Translations under genes and position numbers: made by a program
Shown: in pieces, positions 35,858 through 45,476 of the stretch
Numbering within the stretch: position 1 is the first letter of the stretch
Layout of the letters: each line of letters begins with the position of its first letter
The notes under the pieces: generated by a model
Seen by the model: only the letters and a program-made list of their open reading frames with translations
What the model was told of the DNA's origin: nothing
The model's database searches: none
NCBI GenBank assembly: GCA_947447995.1
Contig: CANFLQ010000005.1
Coordinates: forward strand, 1-61,275
Reading direction: 5' to 3'
Length of the DNA stretch: 61,275 bases
From: Bacteroidota bacterium
GTDB lineage: Bacteria; Bacteroidota; Bacteroidia; 2-12-FULL-35-15

Positions 35858-37070
35858 ACTATCCATATTGTTTGTAATAAATTCATTAGAAATCGGTGGT
35901 GCCGAAACATTTCTTTTGCGCCTAATTAAAGAACTTAAACAATCATTTCAAATTCACCCTTATTTATTAGTTCTATTACCCGAAAAAAATGACCCTACAT
36001 TTGCAAATTTTTTTTTAAAAGAAACAAATGTTCAGCTAATTCCAAAATATAAAAACCCTAAAGGAGTTACCGACTCCCTATTTTGGAAATTAAATGGTTT
36101 ATATAATAGAATAGCAAAAAAAACATTTTATGAAAATTTATTACAGAAACAAGAAAATAAATATTATCTAAATATATTGACTAAAAAATATAAAATAGAT
36201 TTAATAAACAGCCACTTATTATCCTCAGATATATTTGCAGTTAAGCATATAAAACCCATAATACAAAAACCATTAGTTATTACTAACCAAGGTTGTTATA
36301 ATGATTATAATAACCAAAATACTATTATTGAAATTATAAAAAATATAGATGGAATAACCTACGTGGCTGAAAAAAATCTAACATCATTTTACAATACACA
36401 GGTTCCAATAACAAAAAACAGAATGCTAATTTATAATGGATTAGCATATCCTCAAAATATTGAACTTAAAAAAAGAGAAAGTCTGGGACTGTCAAAAAAT
36501 GATTTTATTATTGGACAAGTTAGCCGATCGATAGAAACTAAAGGTCTTGAAATTTCGATTAGAGCGATTATATTATTAGTAGAAGGGAAACAAAATAGTA
36601 ATATAAAACTAATACTTGCAGGGCCAGAAAATGAATATTATAACTATTTAAAAGAAAAATACAAAAAGTATATATATATATATTTTGTAGGCCAAACGAT
36701 GCAACCTTTGGAATGGATTGGAATGTTTGATGTTGGTATTTTACCAACAAGTTTTCCAGGTGAAAGCTGCCCAAGTTCTATTATCGAATACCTTGCACTT
36801 GGAAAACCAGTCATTTCTACTAATATAGGCGAAATCCCCAATATGATAAAAAGTGGAAATGATTTATGTGGGATAATTGTTAGCGAACAAGATGAGCAAC
36901 ACAATCTTGACTTTACGGCATTTTCAGAAGCAATATTGAAATATTACAAAGATAAAGAGCTTTTAAAAAACCACAGTACAATTGCACTCAAAGCGTTCGA
37001 GAAATTTTCAATTATTAAAACTGCAGAAAGTTATATGCAAATTTACAATAATGCCTTAATGAACAAATGA
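35850..37070 (+). CDS. GT4 glycosyltransferase
   Basis: INSLEIGGAETF, IGQVSR..ETKG, ESCPSSIIEYLALGKPVISTNIGEI motifs. Confidence 0.85.
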   Translation: MNKLSILFVINSLEIGGAETFLLRLIKELKQSFQIHPYLLVLLPEKNDPTFANFFLKETNVQLIPKYKNPKGVTDSLFWKLNGLYNRIAKKTFYENLLQKQENKYYLNILTKKYKIDLINSHLLSSDIFAVKHIKPIIQKPLVITNQGCYNDYNNQNTIIEIIKNIDGITYVAEKNLTSFYNTQVPITKNRMLIYNGLAYPQNIELKKRESLGLSKNDFIIGQVSRSIETKGLEISIRAIILLVEGKQNSNIKLILAGPENEYYNYLKEKYKKYIYIYFVGQTMQPLEWIGMFDVGILPTSFPGESCPSSIIEYLALGKPVISTNIGEIPNMIKSGNDLCGIIVSEQDEQHNLDFTAFSEAILKYYKDKELLKNHSTIALKAFEKFSIIKTAESYMQIYNNALMNK

Positions 37071-38278
37071 TAAAATTTTTTCTAAAAAATACCCGATTAT
37101 ATAAGCCCTTAACCAAGGTATATGATATTATAAATTACAACCGCATTTTTATAATTACATGTTTAAAACTTTTAAGTATAAAAAAAAACAATAAAGTATA
37201 TTTTTTTTTTCCATTTTATCATACTGGAGGCGCTGAAAAAGTTCATTTAGATATTATTAATTCTATTGAAATCCCTAAAGTTATTATATTCACTAATGAC
37301 TCTTCAAACAATGCACTTCTCAAACAATTTAACCAAAAATGTAAGTGCCTAGAAATTAATATATTTATCAAAGATAAAACTAGCTTACATTATAAGTTAA
37401 CATTAAACTTAATTAAAAATAAAATAAACAACACTTCTAAATCAAGCACATTTGGTTGCCACAGTTTATTCTATTATGAACTTATCCCCCTACTTAATAA
37501 AAATATAAAAACAATTGATCTAATCCATGCATTTACTGGATTAAATGAGCCTGGATTTGAAAAAATAAGTTTACCATTTATTTCTCACTTAAAAAAACGA
37601 ATCACAATAAATTCAAAAACAAAAAATGATTTAATATCCTTATACAAACAAAAAGAAATTCCAGACAGTGAAATTGAAAAAATTGAAATTATACAAAATA
37701 AAATAAACAATATAAATCAAAAATTATACGATAAACCTAATGACTCATTTACTTTAATTTATTTGGGTAGGAACAGTCCCGAAAAACGAATATACTTAAT
37801 CGGCCGCATAGCTAAAGTAGTTAAAAATAAATATCCAAATATTGAAATATTATTGGTTGGTGAAAACTTAGAAATAGGAATAGAGAATGAATGTAAAGAA
37901 TATTGTAATTTCACAGGGAGAATTGATGACACTGAAATTTTAAATAAATTATATGTAAAATCTCATTTAGTTATAATTACATCGGAACGCGAAGGTTTTC
38001 CTATGGTTTTTATGGAAGGGATGATAAATGGAACTGTACCTATTACTACTAATGTTGGTGGAATACCAGAACATATTATAAATAATCAAAATGGAATAAT
38101 CATTAACAATGATTTATCTGAATCCGAACTAATTAATGAATTTTGTGAAAAAATACTATTGATGTATGAAAACAGAAAACGACTTTCAATTTTAAGCCTA
38201 TCAGCTTTTGAGTATGCAAAAAATTGTTTTTCAGAAAATGAATTTAATGAACGGTATAATACGTTACTAAACAAATAA
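37067..38278 (+). CDS. GT4 glycosyltransferase
   Basis: GGAEKVH, YLGRNSPEKR, SEREGFPMVFMEGM...TTNVGGIPE motifs. Confidence 0.85.
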   Translation: MIKFFLKNTRLYKPLTKVYDIINYNRIFIITCLKLLSIKKNNKVYFFFPFYHTGGAEKVHLDIINSIEIPKVIIFTNDSSNNALLKQFNQKCKCLEINIFIKDKTSLHYKLTLNLIKNKINNTSKSSTFGCHSLFYYELIPLLNKNIKTIDLIHAFTGLNEPGFEKISLPFISHLKKRITINSKTKNDLISLYKQKEIPDSEIEKIEIIQNKINNINQKLYDKPNDSFTLIYLGRNSPEKRIYLIGRIAKVVKNKYPNIEILLVGENLEIGIENECKEYCNFTGRIDDTEILNKLYVKSHLVIITSEREGFPMVFMEGMINGTVPITTNVGGIPEHIINNQNGIIINNDLSESELINEFCEKILLMYENRKRLSILSLSAFEYAKNCFSENEFNERYNTLLNK

Positions 38279-38322
38279 TTATAAAATTTTACTACTTCTA
38301 ATATCCTTAGTATAAATTAAAA

Positions 38323-39768
38323 ATGATTTTTAACCAAATTAAAAAAAATCTAAACACACTGAATACCGATTTTAATATGCAACAAATATTTAATACCCGA
38401 GTATTTTATTTAATAACAATAATTGTATTTTACAGTATGGGGTATTTAGCATTTCATGTTCATCCATCATTTGATGATTATGCGTGGCCTGTATTTATAA
38501 GGGAAAGAGGAATACTAGAGACTCAAAGATTTGCATACACTGAATTAAATGGTCGGTATTTTTCAACAATAATCTCCACATTAACAATGTCAGAATTTTA
38601 TTTTCATGTTAAATATAAATTTTTTATTTTCTCTTATATCATATTATATTTTATAGCTATTTACAGATTTTCATCTATCGTTTTAATTTCATCTAATACT
38701 AAAAAAAACAAAAGTACTATAATCACAACAGCGGGGGTATTAGCTTTTATTATATTACTTATTATTCCAGAAAGTTCAAGTATGTATTTTTGGTTAACTG
38801 GATCAATTGTATATCTTTCAACAGTAATTATATTCTTGTTTTTTATTTCGGAATTAGAAATTTATTATACCAATTACGATAATACAAAAAACACTTCATT
38901 TGTAATAATATGCATTTTACTGTTTGCTATTCCACTTTTTAGTGAAATAGGTTATTTTACTGTGTTACCAATATTAATATACCAAACTGTTTTAAAAATA
39001 TTCAAATATAAAAACTGGGATTTGAAAATTATTTTTACACTATTTTTAATGACTATTGCAATGTTAATCAACTATTATGGCAGCAAAATTAGAATGGAAA
39101 AACTTAATATTTTAACCCATAATTTAGATTTTAAAAATGCCATTTTAATAACTTACCATTTTATTTGTAATTTTCTAATTTCTACCCAATTTATCATTTT
39201 AATTACTGGAAATATCATTTTACATCTATTTTTAAAACAATATAATATAAGGCGAACCGCTATACTTTCTATAACATCTTTTATTCCTTTTATAGTTATA
39301 GGCATAATTACATTCAGTTTAAGTTATTACACAAGTGCATTAATTTTAGGAGTTAATCCACCTAAAAGAGTTTTAAATTTATTATACATCACTTTTCAGA
39401 TATTTATAACGATGGCAATGGTTGTTTATAACTCTAAAAAAATCGAAAATTCATCAAATTCAATTTATATTACAATTATCGTATTAGTTATAGCATGTTT
39501 ATTACCAAGTAATTTCCGACAAATGATTGGAGATATATTAAAGGGAAAAGCCAAAAACTATGATATTTTTATGCAAAAGCGATATGAAACAACTATGAAA
39601 GCTCAAACAGACACCGTATTTTTAGATGATATAAATTACATTGACAAACCTATTTCAATTATGTTTAATACAGGGGGTGATTTAACTAAATCTAAACTCC
39701 ATTCAAATTGGTATTATAATGAATATTATTCTAAATTATTTAATATTAAATCAGTATATATCAAATAG
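38323..39768 (+). CDS. Polytopic membrane protein, DUF6056/GT-C-like
   Basis: About 11-12 TM segments, N-terminal loop PSFDDY...ELNGRY, YFWLTGS..Y, short soluble C-terminus. Family assignment from pattern only. Confidence 0.6.
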   Translation: MIFNQIKKNLNTLNTDFNMQQIFNTRVFYLITIIVFYSMGYLAFHVHPSFDDYAWPVFIRERGILETQRFAYTELNGRYFSTIISTLTMSEFYFHVKYKFFIFSYIILYFIAIYRFSSIVLISSNTKKNKSTIITTAGVLAFIILLIIPESSSMYFWLTGSIVYLSTVIIFLFFISELEIYYTNYDNTKNTSFVIICILLFAIPLFSEIGYFTVLPILIYQTVLKIFKYKNWDLKIIFTLFLMTIAMLINYYGSKIRMEKLNILTHNLDFKNAILITYHFICNFLISTQFIILITGNIILHLFLKQYNIRRTAILSITSFIPFIVIGIITFSLSYYTSALILGVNPPKRVLNLLYITFQIFITMAMVVYNSKKIENSSNSIYITIIVLVIACLLPSNFRQMIGDILKGKAKNYDIFMQKRYETTMKAQTDTVFLDDINYIDKPISIMFNTGGDLTKSKLHSNWYYNEYYSKLFNIKSVYIK

Positions 39769-39832
39769 TAAATAATAATTTATAAATCATTTAAGTCTAT
39801 TAATTAAAAACAGATTACTATTAACTAAAAAC

Positions 39833-40663
39833 ATGACAATAAATTCACCTTTAGTTTCTATAATTATTCCATATTTCAATGGGGGTGAAACAATTAATGA
39901 AACTATCGATTCTATATTTAATCAAACCTATTCTAATTTTGAAATTTGGATTATAAATGATGGAAGTACGAATAAAAATTCCACAGAAAAATTAAAAGAA
40001 TTTACAACCAATTCTAAAATAAATATTATCCATCAGCAAAATTCAGGTCCAAGTATTTCAAGAAATAATGCAATTAAAAAATCTAATGGAAAATATATTG
40101 TATTTTTAGATAGTGACGATATAATCGAAAAAAAAACTATTGAAATATCAATAAATGTGTTGGAAAATAATCCTCCTATATCTATTGTATATGGGAACAA
40201 TCGACATTTTGGAACAAAAAATTTTATTAGAACACAAAAGCCATTAGATATAGCTGAATTATTGGTATACAATACAATTGCCATTTGCTGTACAATTAGA
40301 AAATCTGTTTTTGAAGATGGATTTTATTTTGACGAATATTTAAGTAAAAAGGGGCTTGAAGATTATGAATTTTGGATTAATCTGGCATCAAACAATTTTA
40401 AGTTTCACTATTTAAACGAATTATTTTTTAATATTAGAATAAGCGACACGTCACGAACATACCAAGTAGCAAATACAAATATTACCGAAATAAAAAACTA
40501 TATTTTTAAAAAACACGCTAATTTTATTAATTCTCAATATGAAAAATTATTTTACAAAAGTAAAATGCAAAACGAATCAATCAACAATAAAATTGGAAAT
40601 TTAATCCTTTACCCCTATCGGCAAATAAAAAACATGTTACTCAATATTCGTAACCTCCGATAA
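39833..40663 (+). CDS. GT2 (GT-A) glycosyltransferase
   Basis: VSIIIPYFNG, IINDGST, NSGPSISRN, FLDSDD, EDYEFW motifs. Confidence 0.9.
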   Translation: MTINSPLVSIIIPYFNGGETINETIDSIFNQTYSNFEIWIINDGSTNKNSTEKLKEFTTNSKINIIHQQNSGPSISRNNAIKKSNGKYIVFLDSDDIIEKKTIEISINVLENNPPISIVYGNNRHFGTKNFIRTQKPLDIAELLVYNTIAICCTIRKSVFEDGFYFDEYLSKKGLEDYEFWINLASNNFKFHYLNELFFNIRISDTSRTYQVANTNITEIKNYIFKKHANFINSQYEKLFYKSKMQNESINNKIGNLILYPYRQIKNMLLNIRNLR

Positions 40664-40751
40664 TTTCACAATCAATAAACAATTTTAAATTAATCCTTTA
40701 CTAATAAATAAAACAACTTTAAATACAAATAGAATCGTTAACATCAAAACA

Positions 40752-41735
40752 ATGAAATTATCAATAATTATTGTTCATTACAAAACACCTGAACTGTTAT
40801 CAACATGTATTAATTCAATTTATTCAAATATATCTGATTTGAATTTTGAAGTAATTATAGTCGACAATGATTCTCAGGATAACTCTGAAACTTTAATTAA
40901 ACGGCAATTTAAAAACATTATTTGGATTAATAGTGGTTACAATGCAGGGTTTTCTAGAGCAAATAATCATGGAATAAAAGCAGCAAAAGGAACACATTGC
41001 CTTTTATTAAATCCAGACAGTTATATCAAGGATAATTTTTTAAAAAATATGTTGAATTTTTATATAACAACCGACCTCAATAATACATTAGGCTTATTGG
41101 GATGCCGGATAATATCTTCTACGGATAAAAAGTTGATGATTGGTAGCGGAATAGGATTCCCATCATTAAAAAAGCATATAAAAGCCAACCCTATTTATAT
41201 ATATTTTACACGCAAAATTTTTAAAAATAACATTGCGTATAATCCGCAATTAAAACACTATCAAAACCATAAAATTGATTTTGTAAGTGGAGCATGTGTG
41301 ATGGTAAAAAAAAGCAAAATAGTGGAAAAGGATTTATATTTAGATGAAGATTTTTTTTTATACTATGAAGATGTTGAATGGAGTTATAAATTTAAAAAAG
41401 CTGGATTTCAAAATTATTTTTTTAGTGATTTAGAAGTATATCATTTTAATTCTGCAAGCACATTGGCAACAGGATTAAAATATGAGCAAATCCAAATTTC
41501 AGAATACCTTTACTTTTATAAAACACACGCACTATTGGAATATTATTTACTGGGATATATTCTTAAATTTAATTATTTTATGAATATAAAATTATTAGAA
41601 AGAAAAAATGAATTAACAAAATCAGCTGCTATTAAGAGGGAAAAAATTATATTCAAACAATATTTTACAAAAATCCCCAAATTATACAAAAAAAACATTT
41701 CAGGAGAAAATAAATATTTGATTTATGCTAAATAA
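40752..41735 (+). CDS. GT2 glycosyltransferase (WbbL/rhamnosyltransferase-like)
   Basis: SIIIVHY, VDNDS, NAGFSRANN, LLNPD, VSGACVMV, FFLYYEDVEW motifs. Confidence 0.88.
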   Translation: MKLSIIIVHYKTPELLSTCINSIYSNISDLNFEVIIVDNDSQDNSETLIKRQFKNIIWINSGYNAGFSRANNHGIKAAKGTHCLLLNPDSYIKDNFLKNMLNFYITTDLNNTLGLLGCRIISSTDKKLMIGSGIGFPSLKKHIKANPIYIYFTRKIFKNNIAYNPQLKHYQNHKIDFVSGACVMVKKSKIVEKDLYLDEDFFLYYEDVEWSYKFKKAGFQNYFFSDLEVYHFNSASTLATGLKYEQIQISEYLYFYKTHALLEYYLLGYILKFNYFMNIKLLERKNELTKSAAIKREKIIFKQYFTKIPKLYKKNISGENKYLIYAK

Positions 41736-42639
41736 ATTAAAAGAAAAGATGTTTGGAAAGGACAATAAGCAATTATTACAAGAAACATTAAAACAAATTA
41801 CGTTAAAACGAAAAGAACACCAAACACTTGTACTTTGTGGCACCCCAACTGATGGCAATTGGCTGGGAATAGCTATTGCTACAAAAAACATATACCCCGA
41901 AAACACTATTGATATTCCTCAATGGTATTCCAATTCAGTGTTTAATCCAAAAGAAACTCGATTAATTTGTCAAAAAATTAAAGAACTAAAGTTTGAAAAA
42001 ATTATATTCAGCGGTTTTGCATCCTATTTTTTTGAATGGATAAACTTACTAAATGAGTATACCTATATTGAAATTATTTTTCATGGAACAATAAGTGAAT
42101 TTAATGAAAAAACTAAACAAGAATTTATTGGAAATGTGATTAAATACTCAAAACAAAATAAAATAAAGAACATTGGATTTATTAAAAAAGGCTTATCTGA
42201 GGTATTCAAAAAACTTTACGGCATTAATTCTTTCCATCAAATTTTACCAGTTCCAAAAATTACACATAATATTAAAAAAATAGAATTAGAAAAAAATAAA
42301 ATACATATTGGTGTATTTGGAATAGACAATTTTAATAAAAACATACATAACCAGGTAATATATAGCTTAACTATTAAAAATACTATTATTCATGTATTGG
42401 ATAAATCAAATTTTGCATATCTAAACTTAGATGATAGAATTATAGCTCATGGAAAAAATTTGCCACGTGAAGTTTTTTTAAATATACTGGGATCAATGGA
42501 TTTTAATTTACACATGAGTTATAACGAATCATTTGGATTGATTGCACATGAAAGTGAGGCTCTGGGTGTGCCTTGCATAATATTAGAAGATGTTGATTAT
42601 ATAAAAAAAATACATTGCATCATTTATAACAAAAAATAA
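41725..42639 (+). CDS. Hypothetical GT-B-like protein, possibly short or truncated
   Basis: C-terminal SYNESFGLIAHESEALGVPC resembles the GT4 EX7E motif. The ORF ends about 20 aa later. Confidence 0.6.
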   Translation: MLNKLKEKMFGKDNKQLLQETLKQITLKRKEHQTLVLCGTPTDGNWLGIAIATKNIYPENTIDIPQWYSNSVFNPKETRLICQKIKELKFEKIIFSGFASYFFEWINLLNEYTYIEIIFHGTISEFNEKTKQEFIGNVIKYSKQNKIKNIGFIKKGLSEVFKKLYGINSFHQILPVPKITHNIKKIELEKNKIHIGVFGIDNFNKNIHNQVIYSLTIKNTIIHVLDKSNFAYLNLDDRIIAHGKNLPREVFLNILGSMDFNLHMSYNESFGLIAHESEALGVPCIILEDVDYIKKIHCIIYNKK

Positions 42640-43039
42640 CAAAATATACTTAAAAGGATTTAATAGTTTAATAGCTATAGGTGCAATAAACGTATTACTT
42701 GACCATATTGAACTAACAAAAAAAACTTAAATTTAATAATTTTCAAAACCCACCATTTTATAAAAACACTTCAGGTTATTTAGGACTTATTCTATTTTTT
42801 ATACTAAGCGGGGGTTTTTCATTACATTTGAAGACCCGTTAAATTATAATCATTCATTATTTCAACTAGCTAACGCAATTCATTGGCAAGTATTTGAATA
42901 GTGCTACTCAATATTTTTTACTAGGGATTCTTTTTTGAAATCAGTATGTTTTTTGAAAGGTTTTCAATGAAATCAGTATCTTCATTTTTGTTAAAAACGT
43001 TTAGGGCGCTATTAAATTAACAACACAATTACTAAAAAC

Positions 43040-44188
43040 TTGAATCATCCAATAAATATAGTTCACATTATCCCTAATCTCAGAAAAGGCGGTGCGGAAA
43101 GATTAGTTATAGATATTGTTTCTAAACTTTCAAAAAAAGATAATGTAAATATACGTTTAGTTTTACTTGAAAATAAAATAGAATTTGATGTAGTTAATAT
43201 CAAACAATTTATTCATATTGTTCAATCTAGTATTAAACTATCTTTTACAAAAAAGAACAAATTTGAAATTGATACACTTCAATCCTTTATAAACGATTTC
43301 AGGCCTAACATTATTCATACGCATTTATTTGAAGCGGAAATAATAAGTCGATCATGTTATTATCCGCATGCAAGATGGTATTCACATTGCCATAATAACA
43401 TGGTTCAGTTTCGAAACTTCGATATTAAAACTTTGTTTAATAAAAAATATTTAACCAATTATTATGAGAAAAAATATTTATTCAAATCATATCAAAAAAA
43501 TGGAGGAACTCACTTTATAGCAATTTCTGAGGACACAAATTATTATTTTGAAAAAAACGCGAAGCCATATACTGTTAAACTATTACAAAATGCTATAAAT
43601 TATAAACGATTTTATAAAAACGAAACTTCCGAAAAGTCTGATCCAACATTAAAGTTGATAAATGTAGGTTCTTTTCAAGATAAAAAAAACCAAGTTTTTT
43701 TACTTGAAGTTGCGCGAATTTTACAAACAAAATACTGTTTGTTTGAAATGCATTTTTTAGGGGATGGAGCAAATAGAAATAAGTTGGAGCAAAAAATAAA
43801 AGAGTATCAATTAGGAAAATTTATTTTTTTGCATGGTAACATAGAAAATGTAGAGAAATTTTTATGGCAATCGGATATCTATATTCATTCTGCCGCTAAT
43901 GAATCATTTGGTCTTGCTTTATTAGAAGCCATGGCTGCCGGACTCCCTGTAATTACCCTTGATGGTAAAGGAAACAGAGATTTGATAGAACAAGGCAAGA
44001 ACGGCTATATGCTATTTGAAGAAGATGCCGAAAAATTTGCTGATCTTATTATTGAACTGTGGAATGATAAAAACAAATATCAGGAAATATCAGCTTATGC
44101 CCAACAATTTTCAAAGCAATTTGAAATGAAAAATTATTGTATAAAACTGCTGGAAACATATACCTCTTCTCACAATTCAAGTATTTGA
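43040..44188 (+). CDS. GT4 glycosyltransferase
   Basis: IPNLRKGGAER, IIHTHL, NVGSFQDKKNQ, NESFGLALLEAMAAGLPV motifs. Confidence 0.9.
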   Translation: MNHPINIVHIIPNLRKGGAERLVIDIVSKLSKKDNVNIRLVLLENKIEFDVVNIKQFIHIVQSSIKLSFTKKNKFEIDTLQSFINDFRPNIIHTHLFEAEIISRSCYYPHARWYSHCHNNMVQFRNFDIKTLFNKKYLTNYYEKKYLFKSYQKNGGTHFIAISEDTNYYFEKNAKPYTVKLLQNAINYKRFYKNETSEKSDPTLKLINVGSFQDKKNQVFLLEVARILQTKYCLFEMHFLGDGANRNKLEQKIKEYQLGKFIFLHGNIENVEKFLWQSDIYIHSAANESFGLALLEAMAAGLPVITLDGKGNRDLIEQGKNGYMLFEEDAEKFADLIIELWNDKNKYQEISAYAQQFSKQFEMKNYCIKLLETYTSSHNSSI

Positions 44189-45429
44189 CCTATAAAAGCT
44201 TTATAGTTCTTTTCTGCATTATAATCGTTTTTCCAGGTATAAAAAGCATTTTTAGAAAAGTCTGAATACATTTCTTCATTCATATTTATAAATTCTAAAA
44301 TTGCATTAGCAATTTCATTTGCGTCTGTATTAGAAGTTAACAATACACCATTTCTATGGTTAACAATTTCTGATGTCCCACCTACATCTGTTGCTAAACA
44401 AGGTATTCCAAAACTCATTGCCTCCATTATTGATACAGGAATGCCTTCAAATTCACTTACATTAATAAATAAATGAATTTTATAAAAATTATAAAAATTC
44501 ATTAACTCTTTATTGCTGACCCATCCCTTAAATTCAAATTGAATATTTTTTAAAGCCGATAATTTACCATTTGCTAATTGTTTGATCTCTGATTCCAAAT
44601 ATCCACTACCAAAATGAATCCACTTAATATTTGTATCATTTATCATTGAAAGAGCTTCAATAATCAAATGAACTCTTTTTAAAGGAATCAGGTTAGAACA
44701 ACTAACTATTGTATAAAAAGTATCCAAAGTATTATTTTTCTGTGCCAAAACAATAGGATTACTATTCATCGTTCCTAAACGGGAAGTTTTGATCTTATTA
44801 CGATGCTCTTTACATAAAGACTGGAGATATTGTTTGCCATTTTCAGAAATAGGAAAACAAACATCTAAATTTTTTAATAAAAAAATTCTTAAAGGCAAGT
44901 ATTGGAAAGCTTGTCTTTCCATATAAACATCCCAGCCATGAGCTCTGGAAACAGCCCTAATTTCGGGCATTCTTGTTTTTAATTCTGCCAAGCCTATCGC
45001 CATATCATTTAACCAATAGGAATAGAAAAGCGTTTCTCTTGAATTTAATTTTTTATTTGCAAGGGTTTTTTCAAGAAAATCAGCTAATCTTCTCCCCTCT
45101 TGCATAGATTTTAAAAGAGTTTTAAGTATAAGGAAATTCAAACTTAGTTTATATTGATTAAATACAATTCGGATTTCTCTCCAAAACTCTTTAGAAAAAA
45201 CACCTTGAAATGAAATCAATTTTTCAAAAAAGGAGAGTTCATAAGGAAAATAAATTATTTCCACGTTCTCTGAACCAAGGATCCTTACATTACCCGTGGG
45301 AGTTCTATTGGTAATGATAATTATTTTATCAAAGGATTGGAATAAAAACGGGAATTCATTTTCAACAAAAGTTTCAGCCGTACCGTAAGGAAACTCAGAG
45401 CAAATGAAAATTAAATTTCTATTTTTCAA
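44170..45429 (-). CDS. GT4 glycosyltransferase (antisense to its neighbours)
   Basis: FPYGTAETFVENE, YSYW, SRAHGWDVY, CSNLIPLKRVH, SEFEGIPVSIMEAMSFG motifs. Confidence 0.9.
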   Translation of the reverse strand: MKNRNLIFICSEFPYGTAETFVENEFPFLFQSFDKIIIITNRTPTGNVRILGSENVEIIYFPYELSFFEKLISFQGVFSKEFWREIRIVFNQYKLSLNFLILKTLLKSMQEGRRLADFLEKTLANKKLNSRETLFYSYWLNDMAIGLAELKTRMPEIRAVSRAHGWDVYMERQAFQYLPLRIFLLKNLDVCFPISENGKQYLQSLCKEHRNKIKTSRLGTMNSNPIVLAQKNNTLDTFYTIVSCSNLIPLKRVHLIIEALSMINDTNIKWIHFGSGYLESEIKQLANGKLSALKNIQFEFKGWVSNKELMNFYNFYKIHLFINVSEFEGIPVSIMEAMSFGIPCLATDVGGTSEIVNHRNGVLLTSNTDANEIANAILEFINMNEEMYSDFSKNAFYTWKNDYNAEKNYKAFIGQILEL

Positions 45430-45476
45430 CGTTTTTAATGTAATTTAGTGATTCCATTTTACAATGTGTAATAATA

